Assembly: GCA_964035545.1 (NCBI GenBank)
Contig: OZ037766.1
Location: 8,422,722 to 8,486,721 of the forward strand
DNA from: Bugula neritina
Taxonomy: Eukaryota > Animalia > Bryozoa
DNA: 64,000 bases
Direction of reading: 5' to 3'
The notes below the pieces were generated by a model that had not been told where the DNA came from, made no database searches, and saw only the letters and a program-made list of their open reading frames with translations. This document shows, piece after piece, positions 41,181 through 53,700 of this stretch (position 1 is its first letter; every line of letters begins with the position of its first letter). The position numbers and the translations under genes were made by a program.

Positions 41181-44100
41181 ATGGTGCGAACAAGAAGATC
41201 AGAAGCTGCAACAAAGTTGAACCCTGCTACAAGTCCTAAGCCATGTATGTTTGCGAAGCTTAGATATGTTAGTTACAAATATAAAAGTATTCTGCAATAT
41301 AAGATGTCACTTTATTATTGTTGTTTTGGTTTTGAATTTGTTCCTATTATGTTCTAGCATCTCCTAGAGTGAGGCGTCACAGTTTGTGTGAAACTGGGAA
41401 ATTGGAAAAGCTATCGAATAAAGCTGATGTTGATATGATGGATTTGTCTGGTACGTTCTACTTTACCATCAATCTTGTTATCAGATTTTTAATGTCGTAA
41501 AGATTCAACAAACATTGTATTAAATAAAATTTATTTACCAATTGTAGGAAATGCAGAATCTTCTCAGCAACAGATCACACCCGGTCAGAAATCACCGAAG
41601 ACTGATTCTAGACGAGCCAGGAAGATGTCTCAATCTGAGAGTCGGTTGGACCAACCACCTAAGGATCCCGCAGCGCCGCAGAGAAGGCGTTCTTCAAGTG
41701 AAAGCAGGCAGAAAAGATCTGTAGACTCTCAACCTGAACATTTTCATACTTACCGAATGCACAGAATCAAGTTCTTTGACTATGAGCCACAGGCTATCAA
41801 CTGTATAGCATGCGACCGGGCTAGAAACCGCTTGGCTTTGTCCAGGTATTGATTTAAAATTTTAAAAATTTGAAAGTGTTTCGACATATCATTTACACTC
41901 AAGTTTTCACACTAATTATGTAACATTATAGCGTGTATTGGATTGTTTTACAGATCGGATGGCTCCGTGGAGATATGGACAGTTGGTAGCACTTTCATTG
42001 ATTTATATCAGCAGGCAGTGAGTTTGTTTTTCAGGAAAATATTTTTTAGGAAATTTTATCTTGTTGAGCAGCAAATAAATGCTTTGCATTGTTTTGCTAC
42101 TTGTCTAAATTTTCTTATATTAATCAATTGGGTTTACTGACATAGCCAACTGTTACAGTGCCAAGAGTTTGTGTCACTCAGCTCAGAGCATCTTTTACCA
42201 AAACAGATTTCATGTTTTCCTCACATTTTTAAGTTTGTTTTATCTGTCTTATTCATCTAGATTTTGAGTAATGAAGTTGGAACTTCAATCGAGGCACTTC
42301 TTTGGCACAATGGTATCCTCTACAGAGGTGGAGTTGACGGGGACTTGGTTGAGTATGACATGACTACATACAGGTCAAAGGTAAATTGGTGTAAAGACTA
42401 TATGTCCATTAGTAAGTTAAACACCTCCTTAGTCTGCTAGAACATGTATCTTGGTTATATTATCAATAAATTCATTTGCAGAAGTGCATTCCTGGTCATG
42501 CCGGAGCGATATGGTGCTTAGCATTGAATAAAGATGAGACCCTCATAGCTGTAAGATTTCCACTTTTTCCCATATTATTAAATTATTTTCCAATAGTAGA
42601 TGATGTTAATATATGTGTATTATGTGTAATGTATATTAATACTGTTGTAATATGTATATAAAATTATAATATACACTTAGGTTTCCTCCGTAAAATGACA
42701 ATTGTCTTTGTTGCAATTTTTCTCAAGCTGTGTGCTCACTAAGAACATTACACTGCTCTTTATTGAAGAGAATATCAAAATCATATGATAACTCAAACTG
42801 TTTTTCTTGGTGCGAATCTCTGAATGGCAACACTGCGTCATCATATTTCATTGTATTAATTTATTTCATATATCACCTGAAATACACTTTTCAATCTCAC
42901 TAGACATAATCTTGTTGCAGGCTGGTACTGAGGAGGGCTGTGTGGTTCTGTTTCTATATACTGGAGAAGGATTTGAGTATATGAAGAGCTTGCAGAAGCA
43001 GGAAGGTAGGCTATGTTCTACTTGTATTAATGAAGGTAGAGTCGGAGGTCATTCATAACCACATATAAGAGCTACAGCCACAAGGTCTCGTGGGATAGAA
43101 CAGTTTTTGTTGTGATTGTAGAAAGAATGATGTCTATAGATTGGCATGAAAGTGGAGACATCATTGTTACCGGTGGTCTAGATAACATTCGACTTTGGTC
43201 TGTGGACTCGGGCAATGCCCTGCAGAGAATAACTATAGCTAGACAATCTCCTGATAAGTCGACCATTGTCTGGTCTGTTGCCATCTTGAAGGTACTGCCA
43301 ACTATTTCATCTTTCTCCTTAACAGAACTGCCACTTTATCTCTTCTGCTAAGTGGGAGGTTCTTTTTGGTCTTAATTTTAGTAGTTTTTATACTCTGCTT
43401 TCTTATGTTGCTTACATCAACTATTTGGTTGTCTGGGTGTGTAAACTGGGCTCATATGGAGCTTACAGAAGCCTAAGTAAAGTGTTTGTATTAGTGTTTT
43501 ATTTCTCACATGTTATGGCCAGCAGTTGCTGGTTATTCATCTTTTGCATTACCCTTTCCCAAATTGTAAATCTTGTTATAATAAATTTAGGATATGACAA
43601 TTGTTAGTGGAGATTCCAGAGGCAAAGTAACGTTTTGGAATGGAAAGCATGGCACTCAGCTCAAGGTAAGAATTTACTGTAGTGCCACATCATCATGATG
43701 GTGATAGAACATTGCTATGCATGTCTGTTAAATTCTTCAGTTGTTTTATATCTGTAAATAAAAGTATAGCTTGTTTTGTTAAAATCCAAGTACAAAGAAT
43801 TACCAAATAATGTGCTTGTAGATGTTTAGCTGTCACAGGGCTGACATATTTAGCATAGCTGTCAATGATGACGAGAATCAAGTTTATGCTGCCGGGATAG
43901 ACCCAGTGCTGATCCAGTTTGAACTTACGCCTGTCAATGCTTCTTCTGATTGGCTGGTGTGGCAGAGAGCTTCAGTGCGGGCTCATCACACCCATGATGT
44001 CAGAGCTGTTGTTATGATGAACAACTTTGTCATTACTGGTGGTATGAATATATCATGAGTTATCATTGCTGTTTGGATGCATTTGGCTGTACCAGAGTGA

Positions 44101-47100
44101 CTATAGCTCAGCCGTAGTTGTATGGTTCTTCAGTTTCAAACATACCAGTTTAAGAGGCTCAAACATTTTTATCACAGCACTGTCTGCCATTTCACTTGTA
44201 GAATACAGTTTGAGTTATGTTGTTCTATAGTTGGTTACACAGTTCTAGTGAATCAAATGCTAATTCTGTACTATAAAGTGCAAAGCTATCAAAATCGAAT
44301 ACGATTTAAACATTTTTTCAGACAATAAATACTGGTAATTGGTGTGTAATAGTAATGATTATGAGTGAGCTAGTTTGCTTTATATATAAACTTATTGATA
44401 TGTATGCCGATCCTTTTGCACAAAAATGTTCAATAGTTTAAATTCTTGTTATTAGGTGTAGACTGCTCTCTGGTGGCTGTGAATTTTGAAGAAAAACTAA
44501 AATACAAGACGATTCCTCTGCCACATGTAAGTGTTTCATTCCACTTGTATACAGTGATTACATACTTATTTTGTGTTTATGTGTCAGATTCTGCAAGATT
44601 GCTCACTGTTCTAGCATAACCTGGTGCATGTGGCTAAGAAGGCTAGACTTGTACTTCTACAATACTCTTCCCATGTACACTTGTGGACACTGGGAGCTAC
44701 TCACACCACTCTGCCTCTCGCAGGTATGCAATTACTACACAACAATTTTTACCTAAAAATACTAAAATCTTGTGTAGCATCAACAACTTTATATATTTGG
44801 TCATTGTTTTATCAAAATTTTAAATGTTAATGTAATGATAGTCAAAGCTGTGTCAATATAGTTTGTCTTTCTACTTAAATGTAAATAGATTACTCTTATG
44901 TTGTGCTTTAACTTTAATTCTATGTCAAGGTACATTTTCATTTTATTTCTAAGGTTACAGTTGCCAGTTGCATGTAGGCATAGGTTTTTGTATTGGCATT
45001 TGTCTAGGATGTTGTGATAGCAAGCACCAGTTGTTTGTACCTTGCAGATAAGAGTAAGAATATGTTGGCATTGAGCTCTCGCCCAGTAAACCTGTTGGAG
45101 TTGAGAAGCAGAAAGGAAGAACACATTGTGTGCTCGGATATCTCTAGTGACGGTACCTGGGTGGCCTACTGTGACAGAAACTCTCTTAGACTTTTCAACC
45201 TTACCATGGTTTGTCCACAGAGTTATTAGTTCTTAGTCGGCTTTCTAGTGCATGCCTTGTGCCAACTCACCATTATAGATGTGAACATCTGTGTGCGTGC
45301 GCGACAGTAGATGTAATCATATAACATCATATTGCTTGCTGGAGCATATATTCTTACTAAAGTACAAGTCTGTAGCATTAAGGACTGGCAACACCATATT
45401 TTATGTCACATTTGGATAGCACGGTTGTTCTTGCAGCGGTCTTCTTTGTCAGGTAGAGCCAAAGATGTGTATGTTTAACATCCAGCCATAGATTTTGTAG
45501 GACATTATATAATACAGTATATAGTAACATATGTAATAGTATATGTAATATAGATATATATATATTATAATATTATGTATAATTATATATAATAATATAA
45601 TATTATATATACTATGTGATACATATAAGTGAAAATGTAACATTGACAGGGTGATATTGAGATATTGCCTCCAAAGATATCGGCCAGTAGATTACGAGGT
45701 CTGCCCACTACTCTGTCTCATCTACCCATCAGATGTATCAAGTTCAGTGTTGATAACAGTCTATACTTGGGTTACATCGACGGCAGCGTTAAATGTGTGC
45801 AGCTCAGAGTTACCAACTCTCTGCCACATATCCACAATATCATTAGCAGCACCACATCTGAAAAAGGTAAGTCCGCTGTCGTGTTGAAGCATGGCTAACA
45901 TATTTATCTGTGTGCTTGTACACCGTAGAGTCTACACTGTAGACTAATACAAAACATGCAGTTTTATTGAACGTAGCGTGGTAATGTTAAATATAGCTCT
46001 TATAATAGGTAGTGCAGCTGATAAAATAATAATCAATACAGGCAAGTTTGTAGTATTATGTTAAGTCTCCTTATACTTGTGTTGTTATTTCTAGCTTTTT
46101 TTATTGCTTGTCTCAATTTTATGGGTAAGCAAAAAGTAAAGTCTTGAATTTTTATAATAAAGTATTTATGTAGAGTACATTGTATCTAAAATTTAGTTAA
46201 ATATTAGTTGAAATAAAGTGCAATAGACGAGATGTTTATTGTGAAACAATAAGTTTGAATATGCTGACTAATTGCAGACATCTCCGTGGGAACTCTTCAC
46301 CAGATGGTGGTTTCACCAGATGGTAGTAAAGTGGCTACTTCAGACTCTAACTACAACACTTTGGTATATGCTGTACACGAGGATTCTCTCAAGGTATTTC
46401 GCTGATGGCTCTTTTTAGTATTACTCATTCTAGTGCAGACGTAGTAGGAGTAGTTTTGTTTTTAACCACTAGAATGATTTGAGCTAATACACAAATATCA
46501 GGGATACATTTCATCAATTGAAAATGCCGAGTTTTCATTAAAATGTTAATTTTTAATCATTTTTATGTGGTTTAAATGTTTGTTGATAATGCTTGTATAA
46601 TGTATAAGTACTGTATAAATAAACAAACTCACATAAATTCCTCCCATGATCATGCTTATGAGTAGTAAAAATTAATTACTCAATATATATGCGCGCTATT
46701 ATCTATAGAATCTATAGAATATAAAATTATAGAATCTATAGGTTAGATTATTATGTATATAAGTTGTTGTTCGTGACTTCAACTAGTCGTAATATTTGAA
46801 AGTCTCTTACAGCTGACATGGCGACTGCCAAGAGAAGACATGCTGGTGACAGCTCTCGCTTTCTCTCCCAACTCGGAGTGCCTAGCCTACGCTTTGTCTT
46901 CTCACAAGGTTCCTGTTCATTAACTACATTATCTCCTACATATGACGACATGTTTAGTGCAGCTTAAATGGGTCGATGGGGAAGGACCAAATAAACCGAT
47001 TTGAATTATGTGTAGTTGCACTTATTTTGGCTATAAATCTTGTGTTATTGTGACGTTATAACACTACTCTGTAGGTTTAGCCTGATGACCTGCATTTAGT

Positions 47101-48627
47101 GTCGCCCTCTCACTAGAATCTAGGTTTCAGAGTAATTTTAATTAAACACGAGGTATTTGAATTAAGCAATAAAATTGCAATACATGTAGCTGCTGGCCTA
47201 GTATTCTGAAGTTACTGAAATTTAAGCGGCTGCTAAACTCGGAGTAATTTTGATAATAATTCTTCGGTTCTGTGTTGTCAATAGTTATTGAAATGTCCAT
47301 TCAACACCAGAGGAAGTTTTGCGGTATTTCGAGGCTTTGTGTTATATAACTAGAAATATGAAAAACACTAATTACCAGATATGTAAATAATTTTGTTATC
47401 TGTACTAGAAAAACTGATAGCCACTGAAACCATAATAAATACCACAGTAAGACTAAATACTGGCTCATCAACAATGTAATTGCTTTTATTTTTCGTAATG
47501 GTCTGGATTAAGCATGCTTTTTATTTATTCAATTTGCACTGCAGAAATTTCACTGTAGTTCATAGGTGACTATTAACTTTTTCAGTGAACAACCCCAAGG
47601 GTTTAACTTAAATCCTAGCTATTCTCTTTCACTTAGTAAAATGTTAACATTTAAAATTTCCAGTTGTGTACATAGCAGCAGTTTAAAGCTGGCAGATAGA
47701 TTCGCAGGAAGCTAAAATATTTACTGGATTTATCATATTATTTTTCTCTGATTAATCGTTATTTCAACATAACTTTTCACTTTTTTTCAACTGATTTTGT
47801 TATAAATGTCTTTAAAGAGTTGTTTGTGTATTGACAGGTTATTGAGTATAACTTGATGAAAAGATGTTATAGTAGGCCTACAATATCGTCTCCAACACAC
47901 AAGAGCAGAAAGTCACATTACCTCAGTGTCGTTGCCAAAGTACTAAACATGCAGTACTCTAGTCATGATTCTACTATAATATTGTTGCATGATGCATTAG
48001 GCGTTCGTACATATAACACTAAATCGGTAAGTGACACCGGTGGCTAGTTAATTTTTTGGGTCACTTGTGTTGGACAAAGCAACCATTTTTTAGCTTCTAT
48101 GCTGGCAATGATTTTTTTAATTTGATATTCATGGAACCAACGAGTAATAAACTTTGTACTTATGTGTACCTTAATTTCTAGTTTCAGTACGTCCATTTTT
48201 ATTTTACTTGAGTTTCGCTAGTTTGTCGGCCTTGCAACTATTTTACTTGCAGTTTATTGTGTTTCAGGGCACCATTGGATCAAAGAGAAATATGTATCCA
48301 AACAGGGTAAGTAAGCCGCCTTATCAGTAAAATCCTAGTTTTCCCTGCAGTGAATATTGTTGCTATAAGAGAGTATCAAAGCAGGTTATCAGAGCAAATT
48401 TTTGTTTCTTACTATTTCAAACAAGTTTTAAATTTATCAAGTGGCATGCGGTGCAGCTTCTGTATTCTGGTGTAGCTATTGTTCTCTGTACAGTTCTCTG
48501 TACTTTGCAGTATCTGATGCACTATGAGGAACTAGATGAAGACTATGCTGTGGTGGTTGAGAGAAGTCCCTTGGCTCTTAGCGCTGTCCTGCCACAGGCT
48601 TTGGCAAAGAAGCAGTTTGGAAGCTGA
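41181..48627 (+). CDS. UTP4: U3 snoRNA-associated protein 4 (cirhin), WD40 protein with an N-terminal extension
   Basis: Spliced exons give HRIKFFDYEPQAINCIA...RLALSRSDGSVEIW, SIEALLW, GAIWCLA, AGTEEGCV, IVTGGLDNIRLW, TIVWSV, IVSGDSRGKVTFWNGKHGTQL, HTHDVRAV, and C-terminal VVVERSP...LPQALAKKQFGS*, matching UTP4/CIRH1A. Confidence 0.92.
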
Positions 48628-50791
48628 ATTATGTGCACTTTACTCTTAGCAAGCTTTCTAGACTATACTTTCACAGTTCAGAGTATTGTAACAGTATTGT
48701 CTTTTCTTATTTTTAACAAGTACAACTAATTTGTAATGTTATTTCTTACTCGGTAAAGAAGCATGCACAGTGCATCAGAAATGTGCTTCAGTGATTAAAT
48801 CTTATATTTGACAATATAAATACACATGTAAATTGCATAAATAAATATGTATTTAATATATATCATTGTAATATATTATTTACAAAAAACATTAAAATGT
48901 TAAATAGAATATATAAAAATAGAATTTTTGACTAGTCTATTTGTTCCTAGTTGAAAGTACCATCTATCTCATCATTGTATTTGTCTATTAAATAAATCCA
49001 GATATTAAAGATTTCACCATTAAACATGCAGCCCCATCATATAGTTTCATCATCTACTTGGGTCTAGAGCTTTTCTGCTTCTGCAACATAGAACATTTTC
49101 TCTAGTGAAAATTACTGAGTTCTATTTTGTACATAATATTTTGGTAAGCCTTCATCTAAGGGTTAAAGGTCAATTCTAGTCTTTCTCTAAGCTAAATGGC
49201 ATGTTTTGTTGTGGAAATTTTGGCAGCTGTTTTTACTAAAAGCAAACTATTAAACATTCTGCCTTTCGTGATAACCGTAGTACTTGACTTGAACACGCAA
49301 AATATCAATTCGTGGTTGAATTAGTCAAGACTTGGATGTTGCAACTCTTAGTTTACTGTATAAAAACATAAACAAAGTGTAATGAATTCAACTGATCTGG
49401 GAAAATAATGTAGAGCCAGTCAACAATATTTGTATCCTCCTAACCTCTCTAATTTATATTGAGTTATAATTTAGAGATTAAAACAAAAATTTACTTTGAA
49501 ATAAAAATGTCAAGGGGGGGAAGGAACCAAAAGAGCAGTTATATATGTTTAATGAATAATTTTTTTCAATTTTATTTGCAGTTAATCCATCAGAGAAAAC
49601 TTATGCTATACTATATCATTGTTTCAATAATAAAAAGCATAAATTGGGCAAAAAACTAAAAATAAGATTCAAAATAGTATTTGGAACCTTGATAACTTTA
49701 TATAATATGAAACAGAATGTACTATTTAATTGATAAATAATAAACTTGATGTATAGTGTATTAACAGCCATGATAATAATAGTGCTGAGAGGTTTTTAAT
49801 GCTGTTGCAAGTAATTCATTTTACTAGAGTACTTAGAGCTTAAACTCTTTGAGAAGTGGCATTTTGGTAGTGGTGGAAACACAAGATTGGTTAATTTCTT
49901 TTTCCCTGCAAAGCAAAATTAAATAGTAATTCATTTTTACCTGATGATTATTTTAGTCAAATTGCATTATACATTTTGCACAAAAAATTCAATTTTGTCA
50001 CTATAATTATATAACTTTGACATTAAAAACATTGCACATTTCCAATTTACTCTCGTATGAATTTAGAACTTTTTATCAGGCGAAAAATTTGTCTGTAACA
50101 TCGTTTTATAGATAGGACATACGTTTTGGTTTTTCAGCATTTCTTTTATGCATGAAATGTAAACTGCTCTGTTTCTTGGAGGTGTGATTAATATGCTTAA
50201 GCCACCATGTGAGATTGTGATTAAGGTTTTGTACATGAAGCTGTGTGAAAAGAGACTTGGTGTATCCACGTGCAGCCAAGGTTGACATTTCTAGCAGACT
50301 TTGAGAGTTTTTCAGTCTGTACTCTCGCTTTGACGTTGCAATAACAAATCATTGTAATTTAGTTTTATCAATAAATGTGCAGGCAGCATAGCATGTTGGT
50401 TCACATTCCGATAGTTTTTGTAGATGTAAGGTGCTCATTTGAATTTATTACATTGTAACCTTAAATTTGAGGTCATGAGGTCATGCAGCATATAACAAAT
50501 GCAAAAGACCTCTTAGATATAGTATTAAAAGTGCATTATCCAATTAAAATAATGGCTACCATAATTTCAAGTAACATCTCAATAGTCCCATTTATATTCA
50601 TAATAGTGTGTAAACATGTTGTAAGCAAATCTTTGGTAAAATAATTACTATGGAAACATTAATTAAGTTTTATTGCCCTAAAACCCAACTCACTACATGC
50701 AGGACTGTTAAATATTTGCTGAAGTAAAAACTTCCTATGAAATAGTATTATGAGTGTATTATTGACAATTTAACCATTAATATAATTATAC

Positions 50792-53700
50792 CTTTGCATT
50801 AGCCTTTGACATCACGTCATTTGCCTTTTGTATAGAATCAACCTTGGCAGACGCATTTAGTTCAAATAGCTCTTCACACTTCTTAAGATACTGCATTCTA
50901 AACATAGTTAGATCTTGATGGTCAATAGATGTGACAATATTACGTCTGTTTATATGTAATTTGCCACTTCAAGTTGATAAAATATACTGATAGAGCGAAA
51001 CATAATGAAAAGATAAATTAGAAATTGGGAATAAAAAAGATGTGTGCGATTTTATAGATAGACTTTCACAATGTCATCTAAATAATAAATCACAGCACAT
51101 TTAAAAGGTTTATCAGTTTTTATTGAATTTGTGCAAGAGTCCGTGTGGGTTTTCTAAATTTTGAGTGCTGGTCAAAGAAATATAATATTATATATAAATA
51201 TATAAATAAATAGGCACACACATGCACACAGTACACACGCATGCAAACATATTATGAAGATGACTCACATATAACGCTGTTATTTCATGCAGGTGTTTTT
51301 TACACAATAATCTCTGAACAACAATATTGCAAAGGAGAATACACAATTATTTAATATAAATACTTGCCTTAGCATAGTGTTGGCCTCCAATAAACTGTCA
51401 TGTTGTTTCTTATACTTTGTTTCTATCTCTTTTATCCGATCATCAATCTGGTGCTCATTATTAGCTAACAAAACTTTCTGTCAAATAAATATAGTTTGAG
51501 GTAACTTTTGTTTACATTTTCTCAAACTTTATTATAAGCATTCCCATTTGACAATTCAGTGAATTATAGAATAGTAAATGGGCACAAATTGGTCCAAATA
51601 GAGACAATTCAGCTAGGCTAGTTTCATTACAAAGTATTGCAATAAGTCAGTAGCAGTGAGAAGTGGCTGGTAACATTGCACCAATAATTTAACGTTAGAC
51701 TTTTATTCTGTTTGCTATCACAATGTGTTGTTTCACAGAAAGGATATTGGCTTAAAAGCGCCTTGTCAGATTGTGCATGCTAAAATTAGTAAAACGAAAC
51801 CTAAAAAAATTCAATTTGTACCAGCTAATGGTTACAACTCACATGCACTTTTAATTGATAGCTACAATTTACCTATGACTTTTGCCTAATAAATCTGATA
51901 ATATGAAGTTATAAACTTATTCACTATTGCATGATTAAAAATGCTTTCTAAATATAATAAGCAATATATACCGAATCACTGTACTTCATCTTCATGTCAA
52001 ACAGCTCCTGCTCATAAGAACTAACTTGTGCCTTGGTTTCTTTGAGCTCTGCTGATGTGTTCTGTACGAAAAGCATAAAATAATACAAACTGCTCCATTT
52101 CAGCCAATTTTAATCAAATTTGTGATTATGTAATGATATAATTGTTGAAATGGACTTGAGTTTTCACATAATTTACTTCTCAACATGTTTAGTCTGTTTA
52201 TGCAACAGTCATGTTACCTCAAGCTTCTCACGCAAAACTTTCAATTCATAAAGGTCATCTTCATGTCCAACAAAACGCTTTTTCAAAGCTTCAGCTTGCT
52301 TTTTATATTCCTGTTTCATATCTGTTAATTTCTTCTGGTGGCTTTGTTCTAGTCTACGTACTTCTTGATTATGCTCATAATTTAGAAGATTTTCTAAAGA
52401 AAAGCATGTCAATAGGTACAAAATACAACCCAATTCGTACACATAGTTTACCAAAGTTATTATTTAATGGTAAACAGTTATTTTTTTTTATACCTGCAGT
52501 GACTGCCTGCATGAACAGAGTTCAATCTTTATGAAAGAGAGCAGAGCAGCTAATCGTTTATTACAGCTGGAGTGCAAGTAGCACAGATATTGTAGGTTCA
52601 ACAGTTTACAACTAGTAACAACTGGTGAGCACAAACAGCTAAATGACAACATATTCTAAGAAAAGCTGCTAAAAACTTAAGTCAACAAAAACTTAGCAGG
52701 TCAATTTGCTTTGGATTCTCACAAAAACAAAAAGCATTTTTTTCAAGAAGACTGCATCATGAATAATTCCCTGGACAGTCTTTGAGATGAATAAGTGAAA
52801 GTTGAATATTTTACCAAGGTCTCTTTTTTCATTTTCTTTTTCTGTTTTTAAAGTCGAAGTTACTCTTGCTTCACACTCTTTGAGTTCAGCTTTTCGACTA
52901 ATTTCAGTTTGTGTTTTGAAAGTGTGAAAAGCTCCAGTCATTATTTCCAATTCTGTTTTTAACTTGGCTAAAAAAACATGAAATAATGTGGTGGTTCGTG
53001 GAACTACCAGCAGCACAACATGTAGGGTCGCGTAATTGACCCGGAACAATGGATAGCCAATTAGCGTAGTTGATAGTTAGCAGCAATTGTAGTTTCCCGC
53101 TGCTAACTCAGTCGAAGCTAGAGTGTGAAATAGATTAGATGTGTACTTGTTTGGAAATAATGTATCGTTTTATAATGTATAATTGTGTGTAAAATATACT
53201 CGTTCACTCGACTTATCCTGGTGCAGTTCTATAGTAAATAAATAGACTCTCTGGATAGCACATCAACCCTAAATCTGAAAAATATAACAGTGGTGGCAGC
53301 GGTGGGATAGTGCATCCAAGATGGAGACTGAAAATGCTGGAACTCAACCACCGGCAATCGAAGGTGAGCGTAGAGACAATGCTGTAGAGACAATGCCTGT
53401 TAACCATGTAGTAGAAGAGCGAAGGGTTCCGCGAGAACTAGCTGAGGACCGCTACAGATTAAAGGCGCCCACCTTCACGGGTGAAGAGGAGGTGGAACAA
53501 TTTATCCAAGAGTTTAGCGACGTAATGGACGTCGCCCAGTGGCCCCCTAGGGTGGCCTTGCTGAAGCTTAGAATGGCATTGATGGACAAAGCCAAGCCTT
53601 ACGGGCTGGGCGTAGACATTGATAATATCTTTGCTTCTCTGCGGGCCCGCTTCGGCCTCTCTGCTACAGATGCCAGGGCCCGATTGCAGAGGTTGCGGCG

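Noticed and set aside
45270-45490. Possible intronic snoRNA in UTP4 (and in TSR3 introns)
   Set aside because: No convincing C/D boxes with terminal stem, or H/ACA double hairpin, could be established by eye
50470-50483. Perfect DR2 AGGTCA-TG-AGGTCA
   Set aside because: Equally explained by an 8-bp tandem duplication in an intron; no supporting context
51739-51747. ATATCCTTT (U12 AT-AC donor consensus) on the minus strand
   Set aside because: Lies mid-intron; the flanking exons already join in frame by GT-AG and no matching exon or AC acceptor was found
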